A stretch of 45,308 nucleotides of DNA from Candidatus Rifleibacteriota bacterium (GTDB taxonomy: Bacteria > Muiribacteriota > Ozemobacteria > Ozemobacterales > Ozemobacteraceae): assembly GCA_905236865.1 (NCBI GenBank), contig CAJOQX010000306.1:1-45308 (forward strand). The letters are read 5' to 3'. The translations under genes and the position numbers were made by a program. The number at the start of each line of letters is the position of its first letter. Position 1 is the first letter of the stretch. Of the stretch, positions 9,347 through 18,785 are shown in pieces. The notes beneath the pieces were generated by a model. The model was not told the origin of the DNA. It ran no database searches and saw only the letters and a list, made by a program, of their open reading frames with translations.

Positions 9347-9395
9347 ATTTAGCTAAAGTTGTATAAAGCTTTTATCTTAATAATTGGAGTTAATT

Positions 9396-10502
9396 ATGAA
9401 GGTTCCTCTTTTAGACCTAAAACCTCAATATGCACAAATAAAAGATCAAATAGTTCCAGAACTTCTATCTATTTTTGAAAGCCAAGGTTTCATTCTAGGC
9501 CCTAAAGTCGAAAAACTAGAAAAAGAAATGGCTGAATATATTGGTGTAAAATATACTTTGGGCTGTTCGTCTGGAACAGATGCTCTTTTGCTTGCACTTA
9601 AAGCATTAGATATAAAAGAAGGCGATGAAGTTATCACTACCCCGTATACATTTTTTGCAACCGCAGGTTCAATTGCAAGAACAGGAGCAGTAGCTAAATT
9701 TGTCGATATAGATCCAGACACTTTCTTAATGAATGCAAATCAAATAGAAGAAAATTTGACACAAAAAACAAAAGCAATAATTCCAGTTCATCTTTTCGGT
9801 CAATGTGTTGACATGGATACCGTTATGAAAATTGCTGAAAAATATTATATTCATGTTATTGAAGATGCTGCTCAAGCAATTGGAGCTGAATATAAAGGCA
9901 AACAAGCAGGAACTTTTGGAAATGTAGGTTGCTTTAGCTTTTTCCCAAGTAAGAATTTAGGTTGTTTTGGTGATGGTGGTCTTGTATCAACTAACAGTGA
10001 AAAAACCTACCAGCGTATGAAAGGTCTTAGAGTTCATGGTGGTCAAGTTCAATATCAGCACCAAGAAGTTGGTATGAATGCTCGTCTAGATGCTATTCAA
10101 GCCGCTGTAATATCTATAAAATTACCGTTCTTAAAGAGCTGGACAGAAAAAAGACGTAGAAATGCAGAAATTTACAACGAGCTATTCAAAGATAACCAAA
10201 GAGTAATTACTCCTAAAGCAAAACCAGACTGTTACCATATTTACAATCAATACGTCATAAGAATAGACGGAGATCGAGATGCACTAAAAGCTCACTTAGC
10301 TGAAAAAGAAATAGGTTGCTCTGTTTATTACCCACTATCGTTACATCAACAACCCTGTTTCAAATATTTGGGTTACAAAGCAGGCGATTTCCCAGAATCA
10401 GAAAAAGCTGCGGCTACTTCAATAGCATTGCCTATTTATCCCGACCTTACCCAAGAGCAAATTGAATATGTTGCAGAAACAATAAACAATTATCTTAAAT
10501 AA
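9396..10502 (+). CDS. DegT/DnrJ/EryC1/StrS PLP-dependent nucleotide-sugar aminotransferase
   Basis: ATG after GGAG; SGTDAL, GDEVITTPYTFFAT, PVHLFG, IEDAAQA, PLP-lysine motif SFFPSKNLG, GDGG, NARLDAIQAA. Confidence 0.95.
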   Translation: MKVPLLDLKPQYAQIKDQIVPELLSIFESQGFILGPKVEKLEKEMAEYIGVKYTLGCSSGTDALLLALKALDIKEGDEVITTPYTFFATAGSIARTGAVAKFVDIDPDTFLMNANQIEENLTQKTKAIIPVHLFGQCVDMDTVMKIAEKYYIHVIEDAAQAIGAEYKGKQAGTFGNVGCFSFFPSKNLGCFGDGGLVSTNSEKTYQRMKGLRVHGGQVQYQHQEVGMNARLDAIQAAVISIKLPFLKSWTEKRRRNAEIYNELFKDNQRVITPKAKPDCYHIYNQYVIRIDGDRDALKAHLAEKEIGCSVYYPLSLHQQPCFKYLGYKAGDFPESEKAAATSIALPIYPDLTQEQIEYVAETINNYLK

Positions 10503-10510
10503 GATACAAC

Positions 10511-10546
10511 AAAAGCCTAGCAAAAAAAAACAATTGCTAGGCTTTT
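10511..10546 (+). terminator. intrinsic terminator
   Basis: 13-bp inverted repeat AAAAGCCTAGCAA/TTGCTAGGCTTTT right after the stop codon. Confidence 0.8.
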
Positions 10547-10594
10547 ATTATAATACCTTTAATACAAAATAAATTGTTATTATTAGGAGAACCG

Positions 10595-11530
10595 ATGTTA
10601 AAAAAAATATTATTTGTTTTTCTATCAATCTTTTTCCTTTTGTCAATGCAAAGTTATGCAGAAGATATGTTTGATTATGTTCCAGGTAATACGGGGCTTA
10701 TTATTCAATCTAACATTAAGCAAATTCAAACTATTCCTGAAGTAAAACAATGGTTAGAAAATGCTGTAATAAAACAGAGCGACAATTATTACGAAGAAAT
10801 AAAAGCAATAGGTTTCAATCCTATAGACGACATAGAATCATTATTGTTATTTGTTCCAACTGAAGCCATATCAGATATTAACAAGTCTAAAACCAACATT
10901 GCATTGTTAGCAAAGGGTAAGTTCAATGTAGATCAAATCATTGAAGAAATTAACAATAAAAAAGAATTATTTGAAGATTTTGAAATTGGAATAGAAAACG
11001 GCTTGCAAAATATTATTATAAACAATAATGGCAACAGATTAAAAATATTATTTATAAATGAATCTACAGTTATTGCAGGCTTTGAAGAAGGTGTAGATAA
11101 TGCGAAATTAGTCAGATATGGTAAAAAAGAAGGGATAAAATCACAAAGGGATTTCTCGACTTTCTTAACAGAATTAGATTCTAATTCTACTTTAGCAGTT
11201 GCAACTGTTGTATCTAATGACACAAGAAAGATTCTTTTAGGAAACGACCAGTTAAAATCTTTAGGAAATCTTTCTTATCTTTTATGTAATCTTACACTTA
11301 CAGATAAACTAGCAATAAATATGACAGGTAGTTTTGCCAACCCCTCAGACATGAAGGCTATAACTAAAGCTATTAATTCTTTTGTAGAAACAATAAAACC
11401 TGCCTCTGAAACAACAAACAAACCCATTGGTGAATTTGCTAAGAATCACAAAGTAACAACCAAAGGTTTGTTAGCAACATTAGACTCAGAAATTTCTAAA
11501 GAAACTTTTTATCAATTTTTAGGTTTGTAA
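10595..11530 (+). CDS. exported hypothetical protein (DUF3352-like), paralog 1
   Basis: ATG after AGGAG; signal peptide ending SYA; shares blocks with the next ORF (YVPGNTGLII, GFNPIDDI, KGKFN). Confidence 0.75.
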   Translation: MLKKILFVFLSIFFLLSMQSYAEDMFDYVPGNTGLIIQSNIKQIQTIPEVKQWLENAVIKQSDNYYEEIKAIGFNPIDDIESLLLFVPTEAISDINKSKTNIALLAKGKFNVDQIIEEINNKKELFEDFEIGIENGLQNIIINNNGNRLKILFINESTVIAGFEEGVDNAKLVRYGKKEGIKSQRDFSTFLTELDSNSTLAVATVVSNDTRKILLGNDQLKSLGNLSYLLCNLTLTDKLAINMTGSFANPSDMKAITKAINSFVETIKPASETTNKPIGEFAKNHKVTTKGLLATLDSEISKETFYQFLGL

Positions 11531-11646
11531 ATTAAATAGATAAAAAAATATGTCTATTACAGCTAATAATCATAATTAAAGAATAAAAACAAACAGTTTT
11601 ATTATAAAATAGATAAAGAAATACTATGCTAAATAATAACTTACTC

Positions 11647-11676
11647 TTGACATTAACCGCTATATACAGTTATTAT
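11647..11676 (+). promoter_or_regulatory. sigma70-type promoter
   Basis: Perfect TTGACA, N18, TATTAT (overlapping TATAAT at 11674-11679); AAGGGAG RBS downstream. Confidence 0.6.
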
Positions 11677-11719
11677 AATCTAGGTATTTGTATTCCAAAC
11701 ATTAAGGGAGTAGATATAA

Positions 11720-12748
11720 ATGTTTAAAAAATTAATGCTTTGCATTGCTATTATCGTTGCTATTTCTTGTCAAGCTGTATTTGCTGCTGGCTTAACAAAT
11801 TTGATTCCTGAAGATACAGATTTTATTTTTCAAATAAATGTTTCTAAAATACTTTCTAGTCCAGAAATTCAGAAACAAATACAAGAAGCTCTAAAAAAAG
11901 ATGAAAACCAGCAAAAAATGTTTGAAGAATTTAAGACCAAATCTGGTTTTGATCCTTTTAAAGATATTAGAAACGTAGCTATTTTTACTTCTGGTAAAAT
12001 TGTTGAAAATCAAGAAGCACTTGGTGGAGTTTTAGTTGAAGGTACTTTTGATATACAAAAGTTCGTTGGAGCTATAAAAGATGATAAAAGTGCTATTCAA
12101 GATGTTACTCCAACAGTTATTGATGGTTTTACTTGTATAGTTCCCAAGAATGCTAAAGAAGGCTACGCTATATTCTTAGACAAGAACTATCTTGTTGTTG
12201 GTAGCCAAGCAGGTTGTGATGCTGTAAAAGCAATAAAAATGGCTAAAGCAAAAGCTATCCAAAACAAAGCGTTTTTATCTGTTATGAGCAAAGTTGATTC
12301 AGCTGCAACTTTAAGTGGCGTTGGTTTATTACCAAAAACTTTAAAAGATAAATGTCTTGAAAATCCTAACTTAGCTTTCATAGCAAATATCGATTCTTTC
12401 TTCTTTGATTTCAACAATGATAAAAATATGGTTTTCAACTTTAATGCTCAAATCGACAAAGAAGAAAATGTTAATCCTGTAGTAACTCAACTTACTGGTT
12501 TAGTTCAAATGATTAAAATGATTGCTAGCAGTCAATTGGCTGAAGCAGCTGAAGTAATGAACAAAATAGCTATTACCAGTGAAAAGAATATTGTAAAAAT
12601 GTCTTTTGATATTCCTGCCGATAAAATCATTGAACTCAAAAAGAAAATAGAAGAAAAAGCTAAGGAATTTGAAAAACAAAATGGTGGAAATGGCATTAAC
12701 GCTCCACGTAAAGAACAAGAAAAAGGTAATGATGCTTTACGTCAGTAA
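11720..12748 (+). CDS. exported hypothetical protein (DUF3352-like), paralog 2
   Basis: Signal peptide ending VFA; LIPEDTDFIF, GFDPFKDI and EGTFD align with paralog 1. Confidence 0.8.
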   Translation: MFKKLMLCIAIIVAISCQAVFAAGLTNLIPEDTDFIFQINVSKILSSPEIQKQIQEALKKDENQQKMFEEFKTKSGFDPFKDIRNVAIFTSGKIVENQEALGGVLVEGTFDIQKFVGAIKDDKSAIQDVTPTVIDGFTCIVPKNAKEGYAIFLDKNYLVVGSQAGCDAVKAIKMAKAKAIQNKAFLSVMSKVDSAATLSGVGLLPKTLKDKCLENPNLAFIANIDSFFFDFNNDKNMVFNFNAQIDKEENVNPVVTQLTGLVQMIKMIASSQLAEAAEVMNKIAITSEKNIVKMSFDIPADKIIELKKKIEEKAKEFEKQNGGNGINAPRKEQEKGNDALRQ

Positions 12749-12772
12749 AATAAATAGCTAGTTATAATAAAG

Positions 12773-12822
12773 AAATAAAAAGAAACTAGTTTTAATATTA
12801 ACTAGGTTCTTTTTATTTTTTT
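12773..12822 (+). terminator. intrinsic terminator
   Basis: 19-bp inverted repeat with one mismatch (12773-12791/12800-12818) followed by a T-run. Confidence 0.7.
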
Positions 12823-12895
12823 TGTATTATTATTTTTTTAATCATTATTTCATATTTTTCATAAAACTTTTTAAACAGAAACAAAGTAAAATAAG

Positions 12896-12925
12896 TTGTG
12901 AGAAACAAAAAAGATATAGTATAAT
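12896..12925 (+). promoter_or_regulatory. possible sigma70-type promoter of the pilin operon
   Basis: TTGTGA-N18-TATAAT, 31 nt upstream of the ATG at 12957. Confidence 0.45.
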
Positions 12926-12956
12926 AAAAGATAAACAAGCAAAAATAGGGTACATA

Positions 12957-13787
12957 ATGAGCAACGAAAATAATGAATTAACAATAGAAAACTTTTTAAA
13001 AAAAGTTCAAGAAGGCGATAACACTCTTTTAATCATCGGAGCTGTTTTAATGATTGTTCCAATGATCACTTTGTTTTTCCTTGTAGGCGGTAAAGCCGAT
13101 AAAAAAGCGACTCAGCATAAACTAAAAACTATGCAACGAAAAAATGTATATAGTTATTTAAGAAAAGAAAACAACAAATCTACAAATTCTGCTACCAAAA
13201 AAACGAGCTCTAGTAGTTCTTCTAGTAATTGGTCTTTTACTCCTCGAACCTTAGAACAAAAGATAGCTGATGAATTAAGAGAAGCCGCTTTAACCGTAGA
13301 GAGACAATGTTCTCAAGTTAGAGTTCCTCCAGGATTAACAGGAGATGCTAGAAATATATATATTGCAGAACATAACTACAATCTTAGTATGGGTAATGGT
13401 TCATTAGATTTAGGTAATTATAGAGAAGCCGAAAATTATTTTCAAAAAGCTCTTGATGAAGCAGACGACAACCCTTTTTTGAAATTATACGCTTTGGGAG
13501 GCTTATGTGCTGTTTACGAAAAAACAGGAGATATAGCAAGGCTACAAGAAGCATATAGTAGATATTTTGATGCAATCAAAAATGATATACCACCAGAATT
13601 TGGGGGAGGTATAGATTTAAAAGGTTCTATTAGCAATGCTTATAAATCTTTGGTTTCAGTAGGAAAATACGCCTTAGAATCAGAATTATCCAAAGCAATA
13701 TCTGAAACAAAAAGATTCAAATCTGGTATTCCATCTGAAATTAACATACGTGATGCCTACAAAAGTTTTCCCTTCAAATACGAATAG
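12957..13787 (+). CDS. single-TM protein with TPR, first gene of the pilin operon
   Basis: Start moved to ATG 12957 because the upstream ORF extension runs through terminator/promoter DNA; TM LLIIGAVLMIVPMITLFFLV; Ser-rich linker; TPR GNYREAENYFQKAL. Confidence 0.75.
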   Translation: MSNENNELTIENFLKKVQEGDNTLLIIGAVLMIVPMITLFFLVGGKADKKATQHKLKTMQRKNVYSYLRKENNKSTNSATKKTSSSSSSSNWSFTPRTLEQKIADELREAALTVERQCSQVRVPPGLTGDARNIYIAEHNYNLSMGNGSLDLGNYREAENYFQKALDEADDNPFLKLYALGGLCAVYEKTGDIARLQEAYSRYFDAIKNDIPPEFGGGIDLKGSISNAYKSLVSVGKYALESELSKAISETKRFKSGIPSEINIRDAYKSFPFKYE

Positions 13788-13798
13788 AGGAGCATAAT

Positions 13799-16663
13799 AT
13801 GAACAAATTCACAATCAATAAAAAAACAGGAAGTGTTTTTATTACTGTTATTGGAATTTTAGGTGTAATTATTTTTGCTGCGACAATATTTATGTCCTCT
13901 ACTATTCAAGAAGGAAGAGAAACAAATCTGTCTATAAGAGGTCTTCATGCTTCATCGCTTGCTGAAGCTGCATTAGAGCGAGCAATGAATAAAATAATAA
14001 AAGACATAAACAAAATCGATTTAGCCCAAACCAAGTCGACAGATTTATCAATCGCTCTACGCCTACCTGCCCCAGAAGGCAGTTCAAATCTAGGTTTAGC
14101 ATCAAATCTTGGGAATGATAATGTTTTACAATTATCGAATGATGTAACAAAAGAAATAGAGTTTGATAAAAATAGTCTCCAAGACGAAAAGAAAGATTTA
14201 GACGATTTAGTCAAATTTATGACTGATAATGCAGAATATGAAGTTTCAGTTAAAGCCAAAATTACTCATGCATTTAGAAATTCACCAGGAACTGACAATT
14301 CTAACTATAAAATTCCTGGAGTCGATATTTCTTGGAACACAAGAAAAGACGTTAATTCTTTATTAGATGGAGAAGGTTATAGAGCTTGGGAATTAAAATT
14401 TCCAGATAATATGAAATGGTTTCAATTTAAAATTCCTATAAAATTATTTGGTTTTGAAATAGCTAGTGTTGACGTTGTAAAAGTTGTAAGTGATTTATCT
14501 AAAGCTGCTTTTGGTTTCAGTAATCCTAGTATTGAAGACATGACTACTATGAATTGGTTAGCAGATAAGCTAATGAATGACGTAATAGCAAAAGTGGGCT
14601 CATTTATTTCAGGCAACAATATAAATGATTTGTATCCGATAGAAATAAATGTTCAAAAGGGAAATATGCCAAAAACTGTTTCAGAACTATGGCCAGCAGG
14701 GACAAACATAACAGAACAAGAAAATCAATATTTTGAAAAATATGGACAAATATCTTTCGATTGTGAAGCAAAAATTAAATATAAAGATGGCTACACTTCA
14801 ACAAGACGATTAAATGCAGTAAAAGATTTTAAGGTATCTGACTGTGAACCGCCTGCTTCTATGTATAGTTTTTTTATAGCAAATGAAGACAACAAACAAA
14901 TATTATTTAACGATGTTGGCGGACAAATGTATATAAATAGCGTATCTTATTCTAACATAGGAGCTTATGCATTAGGTTTACTAAAAGATGCAGTTTCAGA
15001 TGGCAGTAAAAATGACGACATGAATAAATTAGAATTTCCTGGTTTAATAAGGATTAATTCAAAAACCGACAAACCTATTGAATGTAATGTAAGTTTAATG
15101 GGTGATAGATCTCAAACAGAAATAGTAAACAAAGATAAAGACGGAAATATAATCAAAGAAAACAACACTGGTTTTCAAAGTTTTCTTGGTGATGCTAGGG
15201 ATATTCTCAACGGCTTAGATGCTACATTATTGGTTAAATCAAAAAGAGATGTAAAAAAAGCAAATGTTTCCTATAGTGTTGATGTAAAAAAAGAAGAAAA
15301 AAAGCCAAAGGAACCATCTGTAGACAAATCAGAATCTGACAACGGAAACGTTCCCGCAAACGATAATAAAAATAACAACGATGATAAATCAAACAAAGAT
15401 GATGATAATTCAGGAACAAAAACTTCCGTTTCGGGTAAATTATCTGCAAAAAGAGATAGAATATCTATCAAAGAATTATCTGGTTTGCTAGGAACAAAAG
15501 GAATTGGCATGAATTTAGTTCCTGCAGTAAATAATATGGGTTGTAATGTTATAGAATTGGCAATATGTTTAGCTCTTATGCCACTAGGAGAACAGCTTGT
15601 AGAAGCAATAGACGACCAAACAAAAGAGGCTGGCTTTGGAAAGTACGTTTCGCTCACAGGTGGCTTAAGTAATATTGTTGACGAAATGGATTGTTTTGAA
15701 ACTTGGGAAATGCCTTATATGGGAACAAGAAATTCACTATTTACTTGGCCTAATCTTGGAGGAAACTATAATAGAACACATTTATTTGGATATGCTGGTT
15801 TCCATCCTCCGTTAACAAGAGAAATTGAAGGAAATGTTGTCGCTAAGTATAGACAATGGAGAATGTGCATTCTAGGGATGACTTTATCGGATAAAATATA
15901 TATTGGCGTTGTACCTATACCTCCAATTCCTGCACCTTTATGGAAATCAACAGAACAAACATTTAAATATGGCTATAATATCCCTGGGTTTAAAAGTTTA
16001 GATGATAATGGAGATGACGATAGCACAGTACATACTTATGATCCTGCTGTAGAAGAAAATAAAGTTCCTAATTTATATACAGGAGAACAATATGCTAAAA
16101 AAGCTACATATTACTATGAAAAAGAAAGCGATTTTCTTGAAGACCTTCCAAATAGAATGGCTGTTGTCAAAGGGAAAAAATGCCTTGTTTTAAACGGAAT
16201 AACTTATGTAGCAGATAGCATTAGCGATTTTCGTGTTGCAGACTCTGACACTCTATATGTTGTTGGAAAAGGCATGATTGTTGTTAGCGGTAACGTTAAA
16301 CTAGGTTGCAATATAGTCTGCATAGACAATGACGAAAAAGATGATAAAGAAAAAACGGTATTTTCTTTAATTTGTCGAAAAGGCGGTCTAATTATGTTAG
16401 AACCGAATTCTTTTTTACTTGAAGGATCTCTTTATACAGATAAAGGAATTATTATGGGGCCTAGTTCAAGTTTGCACATTCTTGGCAACTGGGTTACTAA
16501 TGTTTTTGAAAGAGACAAAATTGCAGGAACACTTGTCGTTGACTATATTTCATCTCGAACCAGAACAGATGTAGGTAGTCTGCATCCTACTAGAGGGAAA
16601 TATAATCCCAAAAGATATAATATTTCATTTAGCCCTGTATGGTCTACTTGGAGAGCATATTAA
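13799..16663 (+). CDS. giant PilX/GspK-like minor pilin
   Basis: GAGGAG RBS; class III signal KKTG/SVFITVIGILGVIIF lacking Glu5; ASSLAEAALERA PilX-type helix; C-terminal beta-solenoid-like repeats (GKGMIVVSGNV, LEGSLYT, ILGNWV). Confidence 0.75.
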   Translation: MNKFTINKKTGSVFITVIGILGVIIFAATIFMSSTIQEGRETNLSIRGLHASSLAEAALERAMNKIIKDINKIDLAQTKSTDLSIALRLPAPEGSSNLGLASNLGNDNVLQLSNDVTKEIEFDKNSLQDEKKDLDDLVKFMTDNAEYEVSVKAKITHAFRNSPGTDNSNYKIPGVDISWNTRKDVNSLLDGEGYRAWELKFPDNMKWFQFKIPIKLFGFEIASVDVVKVVSDLSKAAFGFSNPSIEDMTTMNWLADKLMNDVIAKVGSFISGNNINDLYPIEINVQKGNMPKTVSELWPAGTNITEQENQYFEKYGQISFDCEAKIKYKDGYTSTRRLNAVKDFKVSDCEPPASMYSFFIANEDNKQILFNDVGGQMYINSVSYSNIGAYALGLLKDAVSDGSKNDDMNKLEFPGLIRINSKTDKPIECNVSLMGDRSQTEIVNKDKDGNIIKENNTGFQSFLGDARDILNGLDATLLVKSKRDVKKANVSYSVDVKKEEKKPKEPSVDKSESDNGNVPANDNKNNNDDKSNKDDDNSGTKTSVSGKLSAKRDRISIKELSGLLGTKGIGMNLVPAVNNMGCNVIELAICLALMPLGEQLVEAIDDQTKEAGFGKYVSLTGGLSNIVDEMDCFETWEMPYMGTRNSLFTWPNLGGNYNRTHLFGYAGFHPPLTREIEGNVVAKYRQWRMCILGMTLSDKIYIGVVPIPPIPAPLWKSTEQTFKYGYNIPGFKSLDDNGDDDSTVHTYDPAVEENKVPNLYTGEQYAKKATYYYEKESDFLEDLPNRMAVVKGKKCLVLNGITYVADSISDFRVADSDTLYVVGKGMIVVSGNVKLGCNIVCIDNDEKDDKEKTVFSLICRKGGLIMLEPNSFLLEGSLYTDKGIIMGPSSSLHILGNWVTNVFERDKIAGTLVVDYISSRTRTDVGSLHPTRGKYNPKRYNISFSPVWSTWRAY

Positions 16664-17175
16664 TGAAAAATTCAACCTTAAACCAAAAAGGAACTTCCTT
16701 AATAGAAATAATCATTGCAGTATTTATAATAGCTTGTGCTTTTATACCTATACTTAGATTAGTTGATTATGGTTCTGTTTCCACTGCAAAAATAGGTAAC
16801 TATGCAAAAGCAACAAGATTAGCCCAAGAACTCATCGAAGAATTTAAACACGTTCCTTTTAAAGTCATCAATGATACCTACAAAGATTTTCCTGTTGGGG
16901 AATGGCGAGATGAAGGTATTCCAGAATCTTACTATTCGGAAACCCAAAGAAAAATTGAAGAATTTAGAACCGAAGGCGAAAAAACAAAAAGCGTAAAAGA
17001 CTTCGACTGCAAAACAAAAGTAAAAATATATAAAAATGATTTCGATCAAATAAATGAAATTTGGCTTGAAGTTGAAATTGGTTGGTATGATATGGGTACT
17101 ATTGAAAAAGCTAAAGGAACAAAAAGATTAATAAAAGTAGCCAATGCTTACCATAATGCAGAAGCTATATATTAA
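16663..17175 (+). CDS. PilV-like minor pilin (prepilin N-terminal cleavage/methylation domain)
   Basis: ATG overlaps the upstream stop (TAATG), GGAG RBS; QKG/TSLIEIIIAVFII with Glu5; ATRLAQELIE helix. Confidence 0.85.
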   Translation: MKNSTLNQKGTSLIEIIIAVFIIACAFIPILRLVDYGSVSTAKIGNYAKATRLAQELIEEFKHVPFKVINDTYKDFPVGEWRDEGIPESYYSETQRKIEEFRTEGEKTKSVKDFDCKTKVKIYKNDFDQINEIWLEVEIGWYDMGTIEKAKGTKRLIKVANAYHNAEAIY

Positions 17176-17216
17176 TAAAACCCACGTAGAATGTTATCTA
17201 TTTTAGGAGCAAAAAA

Positions 17217-18647
17217 ATGATTATTAAGCAGCAAAAAAATAATATGAGCAAAAAAGCTTTCACATTAGTTGAGATTATGGTAGCAATAGTCATAACCACA
17301 ATAGTTCTAACTGCTGCTTTTACTATTTGGTCTAGAATAAGATTACGAATTTCACGTTCCTATACCAAACAAACATTACAAAATGAACTTAGAAAAATTG
17401 CAAACTATATGCAAAATGATTTCAAATCTATAAGGTATTATAGAGATGGAGACGAATCCAAACCCATAGAATTACCAAATAACAATACAAACTGGACTCT
17501 ATCATTTCAAAAGTTTAAAGAAATAGATGAAAGTAGTAAAGACAAATTAGCTCAAGATATTCTTGAAGAAGTAAAATATTCTTTAAACAATAAAGTACTA
17601 AAAAGAAATAACAAATTATTATCTGCTAATTGTGAGTCTGTACAAATTATTCGAGCAACAGAAGAAAAAAGCAATATATATGAAGATAAAAGATTAGAAG
17701 AAGCTAGAGATTCCAAACTAGAAATCGAAATAACTGGGGTATTAAGAGTTCCTGGTACCACAGAAGAAGAATATCATGTAGAAAAAACTTCAGTAGTTAT
17801 GCGTAACGAATACTATACTAAAATAAATAAGAATTATAAATCCAACTTTGATTTGCAAAAAATGGGTAACGTAGTTGTAGAAGCAGATTTAGGGAAAATT
17901 GATTTGGCAAGTCAATCTAACGAAGCATTAAAAGAAATGTTGGCAACTTTAGAGCAAACAATGATTAAATGTAATGAAAACCTAGATAATATAAATTCAG
18001 CCATGGGCGATGAAGAACCAGAAGGAGTCCATTGGTGGGAAAAATTAGGTGCTTGGCTTGGTGCAGACAACTTATATGGAGAATTTAAAAATGAAAGAAA
18101 TAAATTAGTTGCTGCTGATACTATTGATGAGGTTAATAAGGCTGTTGAAGATATACAAAAAAAAGTTGACGAAGACGAAGAAAAATTCTTCAAAAATTCA
18201 TATAGTGGCTATGATAAATTAACTAATGAAGAAAAAAAAGAGTTTAAAAAAGCTTATGATATGAAAGTTCATGACAAAAATATGGAAGATGCCTACAAAA
18301 AACTTAACAATGGGAAAGAACCTATTACTAATGAAAAAATACTTAATGCCCAAGCAAATGGGAATAAGTTAGATGAAAATGGGAAAGAAACCACTATATT
18401 AGATGGTGGAGGTGATTCATCAATTGTTGAACAAAAGAAACAAGAAGCTAACAATATTCTATCCTATTATAATAATATTTCTTTAGATTGGATGGATAAA
18501 TCAGAATATAAAGAAATAATAGGAACTTACCAATCTAGAAAAAATTTATTAGAATCTGCTAATACAAAAATAGAACTAATAAAAGTTAAAGATGAATGTA
18601 ATAGAGATAAAAATGAAGTAGAAAAAGAATTAGCTTCAAGAAAATAA
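17217..18647 (+). CDS. PilW/GspJ-like minor pilin with long C-terminal helical extension
   Basis: AGGAG RBS; KKA/FTLVEIMVAIVI; pilin domain ends near TSVVMRN (residue ~197), followed by ~280 charged helical residues. Confidence 0.85.
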   Translation: MIIKQQKNNMSKKAFTLVEIMVAIVITTIVLTAAFTIWSRIRLRISRSYTKQTLQNELRKIANYMQNDFKSIRYYRDGDESKPIELPNNNTNWTLSFQKFKEIDESSKDKLAQDILEEVKYSLNNKVLKRNNKLLSANCESVQIIRATEEKSNIYEDKRLEEARDSKLEIEITGVLRVPGTTEEEYHVEKTSVVMRNEYYTKINKNYKSNFDLQKMGNVVVEADLGKIDLASQSNEALKEMLATLEQTMIKCNENLDNINSAMGDEEPEGVHWWEKLGAWLGADNLYGEFKNERNKLVAADTIDEVNKAVEDIQKKVDEDEEKFFKNSYSGYDKLTNEEKKEFKKAYDMKVHDKNMEDAYKKLNNGKEPITNEKILNAQANGNKLDENGKETTILDGGGDSSIVEQKKQEANNILSYYNNISLDWMDKSEYKEIIGTYQSRKNLLESANTKIELIKVKDECNRDKNEVEKELASRK

Positions 18648-18713
18648 AAAAAATCTTGAAAATATTACAAAAATTTTTAATATTAGTTAAAAGTATCTTT
18701 TATACAAATTATG

Positions 18714-18722
18714 TGTTACAAT
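18714..18722 (+). promoter_or_regulatory. possible extended -10 promoter for pilC
   Basis: TGTTACAAT (TGn + TACAAT) 63 nt upstream of pilC; AGGAG RBS follows. Confidence 0.4.
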
Positions 18723-18785
18723 AAATAAGATATTTCTTTGTCATTGTGATTTAAATCAAACTTTGATATATAGGAGTAAAGTTTT

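Noticed and set aside
12822-12956. N-terminal extension of ORF 12822..13787 (similarly the extensions at 9384, 10574, 16639, 20150, 37604 and 2671)
   Set aside because: These begin at upstream TTG/ATG codons lying in terminators, promoters or neighbouring genes; downstream ATGs fit the RBS or signal peptides better.
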